Assembly (NCBI RefSeq): GCF_001194135.2 | Contig: NC_068990.1 | Coordinates: 84,524,176-84,588,175, forward strand | DNA from: Octopus bimaculoides | Taxonomy: Eukaryota | Length of the DNA: 64,000 nucleotides | Direction: 5' to 3' | Shown here: positions 1 to 11,815 of the stretch, in pieces | How the letters are laid out: each line of letters opens with the position of its first letter | Position numbering within the stretch: the stretch's first letter is position 1 | The notes under the pieces: generated by a model | Databases searched by the model: none | Told to the model about the DNA's origin: nothing | What the model saw: the letters and a program-made list of their open reading frames with translations, nothing else | Position numbers and translations under genes: made by a program

Positions 1-1290
1 CTGGGAAGACTCTTTTTGTCCCCTGCCTTGACGAAGTGCAAGTGTACTATTATCCATTCATACACACTTCTCACCTACCACCTACAACATCATGGTTCTG
101 GTATTTTGCTGTGTAATTTGGTACATTTCATGTCATCTAACATCGTCAAACCTCTCATCTTTTTTCTTTGCTAAATAAACCTGTCACCTAGCTTCTCCTC
201 TCACAACCTGATATAAATCTCTGCTGCCTCCATTCTCTCAGTCTTTCCAAGCCTGTCTCTTTATTGCTATAGCTCCAACATTTAGTTTTGGTTGGAACCT
301 AGTACCAGCAACAGATTTGGTCTGTAGCTCTCAGCAGGAACTTCTAATTGTCATCTCTACTGTAAGTTCTCTACTCTCCTCCTGCCTATCATCAAATGCT
401 TCAACTAGCATTTCTGTAAACTTCCAATTGTGTGCTGGCTCTTTAAGCTTCAATATCTTCCTTTCTCCAAGTTTCTACTTTTGAGTCTTTCTAGTTCAAA
501 TCTAAAGTTCTTTTTCACTAACTGATGTCAAATTTCATATTCTTCACCAGGGAAGGATTTTGTTTTCATAACCACATTTATCTATCTCATTTCCTAGTGA
601 GAATGAAATCTATTTGGTGTATGTGCTCACCAGATTCATAAGTGATCAAAAATTGGTTTATTTCTTGAAATTAGTGTTGGAGATTATCATGTCATTGGCA
701 CCACAGAACTCCTGCAGCCTTGTTCCCTCCTCATTTCGGAACCCATGCTTCTTTGTACACCATGGAATCCATCAGAGTGCTGTCCAAAATGTCTACTGAA
801 GCCACTGGCCATGATTATCATTCACCATTGAGGTAGCCTTCATGAAGGCCTCATAATTAGTCTTTCTGTTCATCCGTCAGTTCGTATTGTGGAGCATAAA
901 CAGATAAATGTCACAACATTAGTTCAAGCTTCATTATTATCCTATTACTCACTCTTTCTTGATCATTTTTATTTACACATTTTCCTGCTGATGGTATGCA
1001 TACTCTACCCACACCATCATTATTGCTTATCCAGAAGAATTTAAACATTTGTTCCTTGCTCATGACAAATCTCACAGAGAGGCTCCTCCATCTTTCCTCT
1101 TGCACACAGCACATGCTGCTAACACTCTATATGATTTCAACAATCTCTCCCAACCTACCTTTCATTGTGTTTACATTGATTGTGGCCACTTGTGGGTAGC
1201 TGGGGTACAGTTTCCAACTTCTGAAAAGGTTTGCCAGCATGTAGCAGGCTCTTGCACACATGCAAATATCCAAATATCTCCTCAATGATT
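1..1290 (-). mobile_element. Decayed RTE-clade LINE fragment (AP-endonuclease and linker) inside an ARIH1 intron
   Basis: Minus-strand translations give APE motifs in the expected order, with stops and frameshifts: QVATINVNTMKGRLGEIVEII; CVQEERW...DGVGRV...RVSNRIIMKLEL; SVYAPQ; GFRNEEGTRLQEFCGANDMIISNTNFKK; LITYESGEHIHQIDFILTRK. RTE assignment is from recalled family motifs. Confidence 0.85.
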
Positions 1291-1850
1291 TAGTATTACC
1301 TCTAAGCACTAAACCAGCAGGACCAAGTGTGTGTGTGTGTGTGCTTTGCTTAGTTTGTATTGTGAAATATTTGTTTTGAATTATCTCTTAAAACTGTTAT
1401 ATAATTAAATTAGCTCTACTCAATGGTGTTATGGTGTTATGTTTGAAACCAGTGCAAAGTGGCTCTGGTTGTGTATAACAACAGCAGCAACGGTAATGTG
1501 GCGAGTCATGAACTAAAAGATGATTTGCTTCCTGTGTGGTATCACAATTTTCTTTATCCTTCTGTCTTTATATAATTTATCATCATCAGCTTCTTAATAC
1601 TCATCTTTCCATGTTGACATGGATTGGACAAGTCTATAACATCACCAATCGTCTTGGTTTTGTGTGCTTGTTGTGTATGTAGCTGTTATTTTCAGTCCAA
1701 GAATTCTAATCAATACCTTCATCATTTGGCTTTATTTGTCTCTTGTACTGTTGATTTCTTTCAAACTATTCACAAACATTCTTGTCATTTGTATTTCTTT
1801 TACAAGAGTTTACATTTAAGTTTTTTGTTGTTTTTTTTTTTTCTTTGCAG

Positions 1851-1963
1851 GAAAATCAAAAGGATCTAGAAATTGCAACTGAACAGCTCTCTGAGTATCT
1901 AGAACGAGAAATCACTTCAGACATGTTAGCAGATATTAAACAGAAAGTGCAAGATAAATATAG
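1851..1963 (+). CDS. ARIH1: Ariadne-1 RBR E3 ubiquitin ligase, penultimate coding exon ([38 protein letters not shown])
   Basis: Polypyrimidine tract plus ttgcag acceptor at 1850; AG|gtaaag donor at 1964; 113 bp, phase 0 to 2. Peptide matches the ARIH1 C-terminal Ariadne domain (recalled human [37 protein letters not shown]). Confidence 0.95.
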
Positions 1964-2915
1964 GTAAAGAAAATTTTTGTGTTGGATTTCACTGATGCTA
2001 CTGACAGTTTTACATAGACCCTATGTTAAATCATAGGGATTCATTGGGTTAGCCACTGTATAGTATTTGTATCACGTGTCCCTTTAGACAACCACTGAGT
2101 GGTATCAATGTCGTGTGACAGGGGTCTGAAGACTAGAGTAATTGGGGAGAACTGTTTGGATGCAGACGATTTGGCATGGCTGACTGGACAGTCAGCTTAT
2201 TTTGGTCGTGGAGGCAAATGCCTGTATGCACAGAAGGAAAGATGTGTGTGTGTGTGTGTGTGTGTATGGGAGGAGACATTATGATTTATTAATTGGACAC
2301 GATTGATACACATGAAAAGAAATATTCTCACACAAACAGAAAGAGAGGGATGTGGTTGGGAGAGAAGAGGAGACACATTAAAACATCTGATGTCAAATAA
2401 GTTAGCATTGAATCAGCAACACCAAATAAGCTGGGCCAAATTGTGTGTGATGTAGCTTTGTGTAGTGTCTACATTAGGTGGTGGTGGTTATAGTTGGATT
2501 TTGTGGAAGCTGCTGAGTAGGGTTTACAGTCTAAATCATAAGAGATTAAGAACACAGACTTTGTTCTACCACTCCATCCTCTTACATGTACAGTAGACCT
2601 CTATATGTAAATTTTTCTCTTTCTGCACTACACTTGTGTATTAATGTGAGTTATTGTTAATAACAAGCTCTAATTAAACTATATATTTTATATATATATA
2701 CATACACACACACACATTCATGCATTATGTGGACAACATTTTCAACAGATATGGTACAAGTGTGTCTGAGTCTTCAATTACTTCAATTCTATGTATGTAC
2801 ATTTATTTACTAGATTGCTGACATTTAGCAGTGATTTCTCCCATTGTGTTGATGTGCCAGTTTCTATCATTAATAAAACTTGGCATTTTTTATGACATGG
2901 GTATACTAGTGTGTG

Positions 2916-2951
<36 letters not shown>

Positions 2952-2952
<1 letters not shown>

Positions 2953-3138
2953 CGGGTGACACGTAAAAGCACCCACTACACTCTGAGTGGTTGGCGTTAG
3001 GAAGGGCATCCAGCTGTAGAAACTCTGCCAAATTAGATTGGAGCCTGGTGTTGCCATCTGGTTTCACCAGTCCTCAGTCAAATCGTCCAACCCATGCTAG
3101 CATGGAAAGCGGACATTAAACGATGATGATGATGATAT
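2952..3138 (+). mobile_element. SINE-like family A (GGAAGGGCATCC core, (GAT)n tail)
   Basis: Highly similar copies at about 6013-6345(-), 22560-22740(-), 28135-28330(-), 30915-31255(-), 35700-35890(+), 51480-51715(+) and 59400-59672(+); fragments at 9100, 21780, 37380 and 56120. All end in CATGGAAAGCGGACGTTAAAC(GAT)n-like tails. Confidence 0.85.
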
Positions 3139-3476
3139 ATAATTGGCTATATGGGTTCAGTCCCACTGCATGGCACCTAGAACGAGTGTCTTCTGTGTAT
3201 TCTATTCTTTGTTAGTGAATTTGGTGGGCAGAAACTGTGGAGGTTTGTTGTGTGTGCATGTACATATGTAAGTACTAGAGTCCATTCAACTAAAGACATC
3301 AAAGTGGTGCCCCAGCATGGCCATGGCTGCACCCTTCAAACTGAAACAAAAAATACACACACACACACACACACACAATTTTACCACCAAATACAAATTT
3401 GTGGTCCATAGTTGAAATCTTTATTTTATTTAACATTTAAAAAAAAAAAAATGTAATCTTCATCTTATCTTTTCAG

Positions 3477-3561
3477 GTATTGTGAAAGTCGACGTAAAGT
3501 ACTTTTAGATCATGTCCATGAAGGCTATGAAAAAGACCTATGGGAGTACCAAGAATGCTAA
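3477..3561 (+). CDS. ARIH1: Ariadne-1 last coding exon ([28 protein letters not shown])
   Basis: tttcag acceptor; phase-2 join gives R. Matches the recalled human ARIH1 end [30 protein letters not shown] at 3559-3561. Confidence 0.95.
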
Positions 3562-6012
3562 ATATATATATGTATGTACATATATATGTATTTATATATA
3601 TATGTATATATGTATGTGTGTATATATATATGTATATATATATATGTATATATTTATACAGATAGCAACTTATCAGAGTACAAAGAATGCTAAAATGATG
3701 ACCTATCAGAATATTGCTAAAAAAAAAATAAAAAAAACAAATTTCAAAAAAAAATTTGGGTTTCTATTCATCATACTGTAAAACATTTTTTGTATCCTAA
3801 TGTGAAAATTCCTTTTTTTTTTTAAACTTATAAATAAATAAATAAATCATTATTGCTTAAACATGAACAGAAACAACAACAACAACAACAACAACAATAA
3901 CAACCAAACCAACCAACACTTTGTCCACTAAATGTTATGAAGTTGGAATGTCATCCTGAGAGCTGTTATTTTCAGTTGTGCTTAAGAAATTCTGATAAGA
4001 AACTTAACTGACCGTTGCAAAATGTCCCTTATTCTCTTTGAATAAGCTGGGATTTTTTTTTTTTTTTTTTTGATTTGTTCAAAGAAATATACACTAATAT
4101 GTGAAAAAAAATTGAACTCTTAAAAAAAGAAGACATTTTATCACAAAAAGGAAAAAAAGAGAAATTCCTACAATGAAATAAATAAAAAAAAATTTAAAAA
4201 TACAAGAAGTCAGAATGTTTCAGTTTTGATTCTTTGTTTTTAATGTTAATCTTGTTTTAATATTCATCGGTCATTATCATCTCAACATCTACTTTTCCCT
4301 GTTTGCATGGGCCAGACAAGAATTTAAAACAGTTTTCTGTGGAACTGATACCTTTCATGTTGCCAACACTCGTTTCCAGTCAGTATACTGTTTCACTATG
4401 TTGGACAGTGAACATACTGGACTTGTTTTCACAGAAAATTGCAATCTAACAATACTGTTTGTATGAATGGTGACAGTTCAGTCAGTGCATGTCAATACAA
4501 AAGAAATGCACTTACACACACACACTCAAATTTATCAAGCTTCTTCTAGTTTCTGTGTACCAAATTCCACTCAAAAAATATCGATCAATCCACAACTACA
4601 GATGATGTTCAAAGCTTCCTCATGGTGGGAGCAAACTCCAAACTGTTGAGTTCCTAAGTGAACTTTTTTAACCACACAGCCATGCCTTCGCCTATTATGC
4701 CCAAGGCTATTATTATCTTCGTTGAATTCCTATTATATGTTGGAAAAGAAATGATAAATTTATAGTGGTCATTTGGTGAATCGTCATGTAGTGTCCATAT
4801 TGCATGCGGCATGAGTTGGGCTGGTTGACAGGACTGTGTCAATCTCCAGTATCTGTTTTGGAACTGGACACAGGTTTCTGACCTGTTGAATCCTGTCAAA
4901 TTTTCCAACCTCAGCTCAGAATGGAAAGTGTGCTAAGAGAATGAATGGTTGTATGTTACAGAACTGCTGAAGAACAATGTACAAAATGAAGTGGATGATG
5001 AAAAAACTACCAGTGAACAATTTGTATAATGAGTAAACTGGGCATAGAACTACCAGGTAACTAAATGAAATATCACTCACCTCTTTCTGCTTAACATAAA
5101 GTATAACCAAGTATCACTTTTTCCTTTTTGTGTAATTTATATTTGTAAATTACTAATGTCCAGAAATTCCCTTCACATACACTCAAGCATACATAGATGG
5201 TAACAATCAGATGAAAGAGCAATCCGTACCAAACAAGTGTAAACAGTTTATTTGGTCGGTCCTAACTGGAACCCTAGGTTTCACCAAATGTTATTTATTT
5301 ATATGTTAATGAAAACTACTTGAAATTCAGCTACCTATGGTTTCATAGAGAAAATATTAAATTTATGTCACTATTTCTCAAGCTGATTATGGCAACATAG
5401 TGGTTTAACAACTCGAGTTTTAAAATGAGAGCATCTAAGGGAGATAATTCTCTGACCAGCAAAATAGAGCCAGGCTATTAAAGAAGGATTCAAAAAATTT
5501 TATAAACCAAAATGAAAAGTGCGAAGGAAAAACAAACAGTGGAGAAGTTATTGGAATAATGCCAAGGAAATCCTGCTAACTGAATTTCACGTTTTTTGTG
5601 TGGTTTTTAATAATATCTTGCTGAACTGATCAATAATTGTTGAACTTCATTCCACATGTTTTGAGGTATCTATTGTAGCTTTTTCCATTCTGATGGCTAT
5701 ACCACTGATGCCAATCTTAATTGCCCCTTGTCTTCTATTTGGTTAACTTTAATGTTGAGAGGAGCAACTGCATGCATATGAAACTACAGATGGTTCATTG
5801 AAAAAAAAAAAAAAAAATCCAGTCTAGGTCTGTTTCATGGATGCACTTCATACGCAGCTCCACAAAGACGCAGTGGCCCTAGAATTAATTAGATGCTTGA
5901 GGTTAGTTAACCTCTTCTCTATTATATTCAGAGACACTGGTATGAGAAGGATGTAGAGCATACAAATATTTGAAGAAAATATCTTTCATACACAGCCATT
6001 CCTGGTTAATAC

Positions 6013-6345
6013 ATCATCATCATTGTTTAACGTCCGCTTTCCATGCTAGCATGGGTTGGACGATTTGACTGAGGACTGGTGAAACCAGATGGCAACACCA
6101 GGCTCCAATCTGATTTGGCAGAGTTTCTACAGCTGGATGCCCTTCCTAACACCAACCACTCAGAGTGTAGTGAGTACTTTTACGTGCCACCAGCACGGAG
6201 GCCAGTCAGGTGGTACTGGCAACGGCCACGCTCAAAATGGTGTATTTTATGTGCCACCCACATAAGAGCCAGTCCAGGGTCACTGGCAACGATCTCGCTC
6301 GAAAATCCTACGAAGGCCAGTCAGGCGGCACTGGCAGTCGAAGAA
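6013..6345 (-). mobile_element. Family A copy with internally repeated 5' modules
   Basis: Near-identical to 59400-59672; the module GGCCAGTCAGG(T/C)GG(T/C)ACTGGCA occurs twice. Confidence 0.85.
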
Positions 6346-7024
6346 CTGAGACACAATTGGTTGATTTATCTGAAAACAGGCACCACAAGGAAGCAACAAG
6401 TCAATTCTCCAAACTGTTACACAAGTTGACAAGTGGCTGTGCAGAATTAACTCCCTTGTGGACAGTTACACCATGAATTTAGCCGGGGAACCTAATGAAT
6501 TAAACTCAACAAACAGTATAGAAATGGTCATACTTGGATTAAATTTGTTTTATGCTGTTATTTAATTTCCTATAGAACAATTTCTTATTAAGAACATGGC
6601 TAGAAATTTTGTGTAGAGAGATAATCAATTATTTTATCAGTCCAGTTTGGATGAAAGGCAAAATAACATTTAAATTCAGAATGTAAAGTAACTATATAAA
6701 TACCTGAAGACGTTTTGCTCAACATGTTAATGATTCTGCCAATCGAATTTCTTGATAGATATTACAGACACAATGATATAAATTTGTACACAGCAAAGAA
6801 TTAATTCAGTTGGTAATAATGTTATCAGAATTGGAAGGATGTTGACTTCGATGAGATTTGAACTTGGAACGTGACTAAACACCAACCAGCAAGGCATTTT
6901 ATCTCGTATACTACAGGTTCAACCAAATCACTACTGCTCTAATGATAAGAGCCTCATTTTGAGAGTGGGGAACTGCATCAGTTAATGTTGAAAATAAAGA
7001 ATTTAATAAAATAACTTGGTCGTT

Positions 7025-7241
7025 AGGTGCAGGAGTAGCTGTGTGGTAAGTCGCTTGCTTACCAACCACATGTTTCCAGGTTCAGTCTCACTGCTTGGCA
7101 CCTTGGGCAAGTGTCTTCTACTATAGCCTCAAGCCAACCAAAGCCTTGTGAGTGGATTTGTCCCCCCAACATTGCTTGACAACCGATGCTGATGTGTTTA
7201 CGTCCCTGTAACTTAGCAGTTCGGCAAAAGAGACCAATAGA
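7025..7241 (+). mobile_element. tRNA-like SINE family B, truncated at a MITE
   Basis: Head GGAGTAGCTGTGTGGTAAG...GGTTCAGTC matches the full copy at 50523-50937; it ends at the TTAA of the MITE at 7242. Confidence 0.8.
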
Positions 7242-7245
7242 TTAA

Positions 7246-7458
7246 CTCTTTGGCATTCACATTGTTCTGTCAAATGGGATTCTTATTTATTCACTTTGAA
7301 TTAATCATGCATCATCTTGTAGCTTTGAGATTTTGATGAGATAACTTAATTTTTAGAATGATATTGTAGGGTTGGTGTGAGAGGCTAAATCTGAACAGTG
7401 TGACCATAAAACAGGTAGAATATTTTGACCAGATATGGCTGGTTTAAATGCTAAAGGG
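7246..7458. mobile_element. piggyBac-type MITE (family F), degenerate
   Basis: Homologous to 19857-20076 and 54492-54722; starts after TTAA and ends CTAAAGGG. Confidence 0.7.
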
Positions 7459-8037
7459 TGAAACCTTACTATAAATATATTTAAAGCTGAAAATTAAAAT
7501 TGCCAAAATAACAAAAGCCAACACATTTTTCTTTTTGATATAGTCAATTTTTTTTTTCAAATTTTATTTACATTTTTTTTTATGGTAAAATATATAATTA
7601 ACAATTTAGTACAGAAGATATATACATTTAAAAAGGGAGTGATAAGAAAAAGCAACATTTACATATGTAGTTGAGAACAGTAGCTGAGATCAATAATGGT
7701 TCAAATATCTTTCTTAACAAAAAAAAGGGGGGAATTTTGAGTGAAATCCCTTCTCTCTTTAGTTTGGAGCTGAATTAGGATTTCATTATGTAAAATGAAT
7801 GGGAAGAACATTGTAAGAAAAAAAAAAGTTTCTAACTTAGGAACAAGGCCAGCAATTCTGAGGGGAGGGGTAATTGACTGGTACTATATTTTATCGACTC
7901 CAGAAGTGTGAAAGGCAAAGTTGACTTCAACAGAATTTGAACTCAGAATGTAAAGAGACAACAAAGATAGCAAGGCAATTTCTCCAATGCTCTATCAATT
8001 CTGCCACTCCACCACCACCACCACCAATAATAATAAT

Positions 8038-8252
8038 CCTTTCTATTATAGGCACAAGGCCTGAAATTTGGGTGAGGGGGCTAGTCGATTTCATCAACCC
8101 GAGTGCATAACTGGTACTTATTTTATCAACCCCTGAAAGGATGAAAGGCAAAGTCGACCTCAGTGGAATTTGAACTCAGAATGTAGCAAATGGGTGAAAT
8201 ACCACTGTTAAGCATTTCATCCAGCGTGCTAAAGATTCTGCCAGCTCACCTC
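8038..8252 (-). mobile_element. tRNA-like SINE family C, tail variant 2, flanked by (AAT)n
   Basis: Body GGATGAAAGGCAAAGTCGACCTC...ATTTGAACTCAGAA is shared with 25731-25955 and 52550-52765. Many decayed copies occur (about 6.6, 7.85, 9.45, 13.5, 18.45, 20.3, 22.4, 48.1, 49.25 and 58.65 kb). Confidence 0.85.
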
Positions 8253-8253
8253 T

Positions 8254-8288
<35 letters not shown>

Positions 8289-8464
8289 TCTTTCTAATTT
8301 TGACACAAAGCAAGCAATTTTGAGGGTAGAACTTATTCTTTTACAAAGAGAATTGTTAGTTCTTCCAAAACATTTCAATATTACCTAGAAGTTTTGTTTG
8401 TCTGCCCTGTTGTAACAATCCTTCATTAAAATCTCATAACTGGCAAGCATTTGTTATCATTGAT

Positions 8465-8590
8465 GTGATATCATTTGTTGTGCAGTGAACACAAGTGTGA
8501 TATCTTTTGCTGTACAGTGTGCACAGCTGTGATATGTGTTGCTATGCAGTAAGCATAAATGTGACATCTTTTGTTGTGCAGTAAATAAAT
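8465..8590. repeat. Degenerate 32-bp minisatellite, 4 units
   Basis: GTGA(T/C)AT starts at 8465, 8497, 8529 and 8561, an exact 32-bp period. Confidence 0.85.
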
Positions 8591-9744
8591 ATATATGTTA
8601 TGATATCTACAAATATATCATGAATTTTATTTGCTGCTATAATCACCAAAAATATAGAATTATTTTAATGGAAGACATTGGTAAATTATTTAAAAGTAGA
8701 GCTTAAAAAAGTGCTGATGATAACTATTATTAATATTACTATTATTATTGATAAAGAAAGAAAACTGTATAGAAATGATTTTCTAGAAAGGTGACATTGC
8801 AGTTGAATAATAAGGAAATATGGTAAGGAAGAAGTATTTGTTAAAGATAATTTTAGACTTAGTAAAAGACTTTATAGAACTGTATCAAAATTGCTTCTTG
8901 TTGCATTGATATGATTTTTCATGTTTAAAATTAAGAACATACATATATACAAGTAAATATAGATGCCCATCCATTCGATTCATTCAATTTTTCACATATA
9001 TTTCACAATTATAACATACAGTTCTTGACAATCTGTTAACTGGAGAAAAACAAAACATTTTACATACATATATGTGAGTGTGTGTTTGTACCACCATCTT
9101 CATCATTATCATCATTTAATGTCTATTGTCCATGCTGGCATGGGTTGGACAGTTTGACCAGGGTTGGTAAGCTGAGGGGCTACACCAGACTCCAGTTTAT
9201 TTGGCATGTGTGTGTGTATGTATTTGTGTATGTATATATATATAAATATATATATGTATGTATGTATGAACAAATGCACACACATATATACATGCACAAC
9301 CACATAAATATGGCATTTACAATTATATATTATAAAATAGATATACAAAATTATTAAGAAAAACATTATGATATGAATGGAGAATTATGGTATAAATAAA
9401 AAAAAAAAAGGTAAATTGATATCTTTTTGTAGGTAAAAGGAGAATACAAGCAGGAGCATTATTCATACTTATTTTATCGACTTACCCTCAACAGGATAAA
9501 ATTTTAAAATGAACCCAGCAGGATTTGAACTCAGAACATTGAGAGAGGAAACTAAATGACCAAATATTAGTCCAGCTCTCCACTGTCTCAACCACCTCTA
9601 CATAATTTAAAGTAATAATTTGCTGTCTACTGTCTAAATATTCAGCTAATTATTATCATTGTTATTCTTGTTGTAAGTCTTAAGAAAAATTTAATAATAA
9701 ATTTCTCTAGACAATTATGTACACTGATGAGATAAACTCATACA

Positions 9745-9786
<42 letters not shown>

Positions 9787-9947
9787 NNNNNNNNNNNNNN
9801 NNNNNNNNNNNNNNNNNNNNNNNNNNNNNNNNNNNNNNNNNNNNNNNNNNNNNNNNNNNNNNNNNNNNNNNNNNNNNNNNNNNNNNNNNNNNNNNNNNNN
9901 NNNNNNNNNNNNNNNNNNNNNNNNNNNNNNNNNNNNNNNNNNNNNNG
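9787..9947. other. Assembly gap (N). Other gaps: 17124-17134, 26539-26548, 30037-30266, 35101-35556, 36397-36427, 54914-54973, 59810-60156
   Basis: Runs of N, mostly next to microsatellites. Confidence 0.97.
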
Positions 9948-10523
9948 AAAAAAAAAGAGTTTGGTAAGTTTATCTGGAAATCATCACCACCACCACCACC
10001 ACCACCACCACCACCACCATCATCATCACCATGAAATACAGAGTTTACCTCTTTAGTTACACACTCAATATTTAGAAGAGCAAATCATATTGTATGGTCT
10101 GCTGTTGTTTAGCCCCAAGGTAAGCCATGATCAAACAGACCTCTGATCAAAGGCATATATATGTATGTGTATGTATATATGTGTATACGAGTCTTGTGCC
10201 AACCTGAGGCTATGTGTATATATTTGCGTATGTGTGCATGTATACATTTATTTGAAGCTGATGATTTATTTCATCGGTGCTCAGAGATCCTCACTTCAAG
10301 TAATTCTTTTGTGAGCCAAATACTCAGGGCTAAACAAATAAATAAACTCCACTTCATGTATTGAGTACCATTTTGCACATCTATACATCCACACACACAC
10401 ACACACACATACAACATGCATGTGTGTGTGAGAGTGCATGTTTAACAATATTTGTATGTGTGTATCTAATGTATCTATGTTTTAAGGAATAAGAATAGCA
10501 AATGCATTTGTCAATATAGACCT

Positions 10524-10890
10524 AATTACCTCTGCCTTTGCTAAGGCAGAGATATTGTTTTCAGTCATATTTGTTTGTTCGTCCGTAGACAAGATATCTC
10601 AAGAACCGCTGGATGGATTCGGATGAAACTTTCAGGGATGTTTGGCCTTGTGACTGGCATGAACTGATTAGATTTTGGGATCAATCCAATATCAGACAAG
10701 TATTCTGGATTATTTTTGTTTTTTTTATTTAATTTTTGAGAGCGGTCGAGTTCATTTTTAGTATTCTCGTTTGTGAGAGCAGTCGAGTTTATTTCAGATA
10801 TTCTCATTTTAAAAATCATGTCTGGCTAATCGTTGAGAGGACATTGGTGTTGCCTTGGCGGAGGTTTGCGCTCTCTGAGTGCTCTTGTTT
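10524..10890 (+). mobile_element. Helentron/HINE-type non-autonomous element
   Basis: 5' ATTACCTCTGCC with hairpin CTCTGCCTT-TGCT-AAGGCAGAG (10530-10551), and 3' GCCTTGGCGGAGGTTTGCGCTCTCTGAGTGCTCTT. This subterminal-IR plus terminal-hairpin layout is typical of DINE-1/HINE-like elements (family assignment from recall). Confidence 0.65.
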
Positions 10891-11584
10891 GTATATAACA
10901 TACACTACTGTTGGTATGTTTCATAACAATGATAATGTTGCTTGCCTACTGTCTTTCGTTCTCTCATGCACACACATATGCTCATGCACATGCACACATA
11001 CACTTACATTCTGACATACAATACTGAAGGGGTAAGACTTAATGAAGAAATAGGCAGAGTAAATTTTTAAAAAGCAGTTTTTAGTCATGAATATAGCTAA
11101 GTTGTACTGAAAATGTGTGTGTGAATTGGTTCCTTTTTCTGACTAACACTCGTGCATATAACAGTTAATATCATATACATAAATGTATGTATATATAAAT
11201 CTGTGTGTATGTGTGAATATTACATATGTATGCATATATGTATGCATGCATGCATGTATGTATGTATACATATGTGAAATTCCATTTATGCCTAAAATAG
11301 CTACTTATAAAGGTTAATATCATATACATAACTGTATGTATACATAAATGTGTGTGTGTAAGAGAGAGAGAGAGAGCAAGTAGGAGAAGCAGAAGGCAGT
11401 CGAGGAATAATAATCACAAATAATTGATGGTGAAAAACATTAGTAGGTAGCAGTGGTTTACTATGATATTTAGAGGTCAAGGTAGACAATGAGATTTCTA
11501 ACTACCACCACCACCACCACCAGGACAGCTATTAGCTTTCAGCACGAAACTACCATAATCACCATCACTATTATCATGGTGTGT

Positions 11585-11815
11585 GGAGGTATGTATTCAA
11601 GTGGTTAGGGTGTTGGACTTATAATCATAAGGTCATAGTTTCAATTCCCAGGCTGGGAAGTAACTTGTTGCTCCTGTCCACTCAGCTGAGAATGAGTACC
11701 AGCAACAGCTGGGGAGTAAAAGGATTGATGTCCTTTTCAAAGGGCCAGTATTGTATTCTTAGTTGCTTACATACCAGAATAAGCTGTGGCCCCTTGAACC
11801 TGTAGACTCGTGACA
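11585..11815 (+). mobile_element. Decayed tRNA-headed SINE family G
   Basis: AGTGGTTAGGG...GTTTCAATTCC A/B-box-like head and GTCCACTCAGCTG...AATGAGTA body, shared with 61865-62090; heads also near 46675 and 53520. Confidence 0.65.

Noticed and set aside
4811-4900. SECIS element (ATGA next to a stem)
   Set aside because: No AUGA/GA quartet with an apical AA at the right spacing, and ARIH1 ends in TAA with no in-frame UGA in the exons seen.
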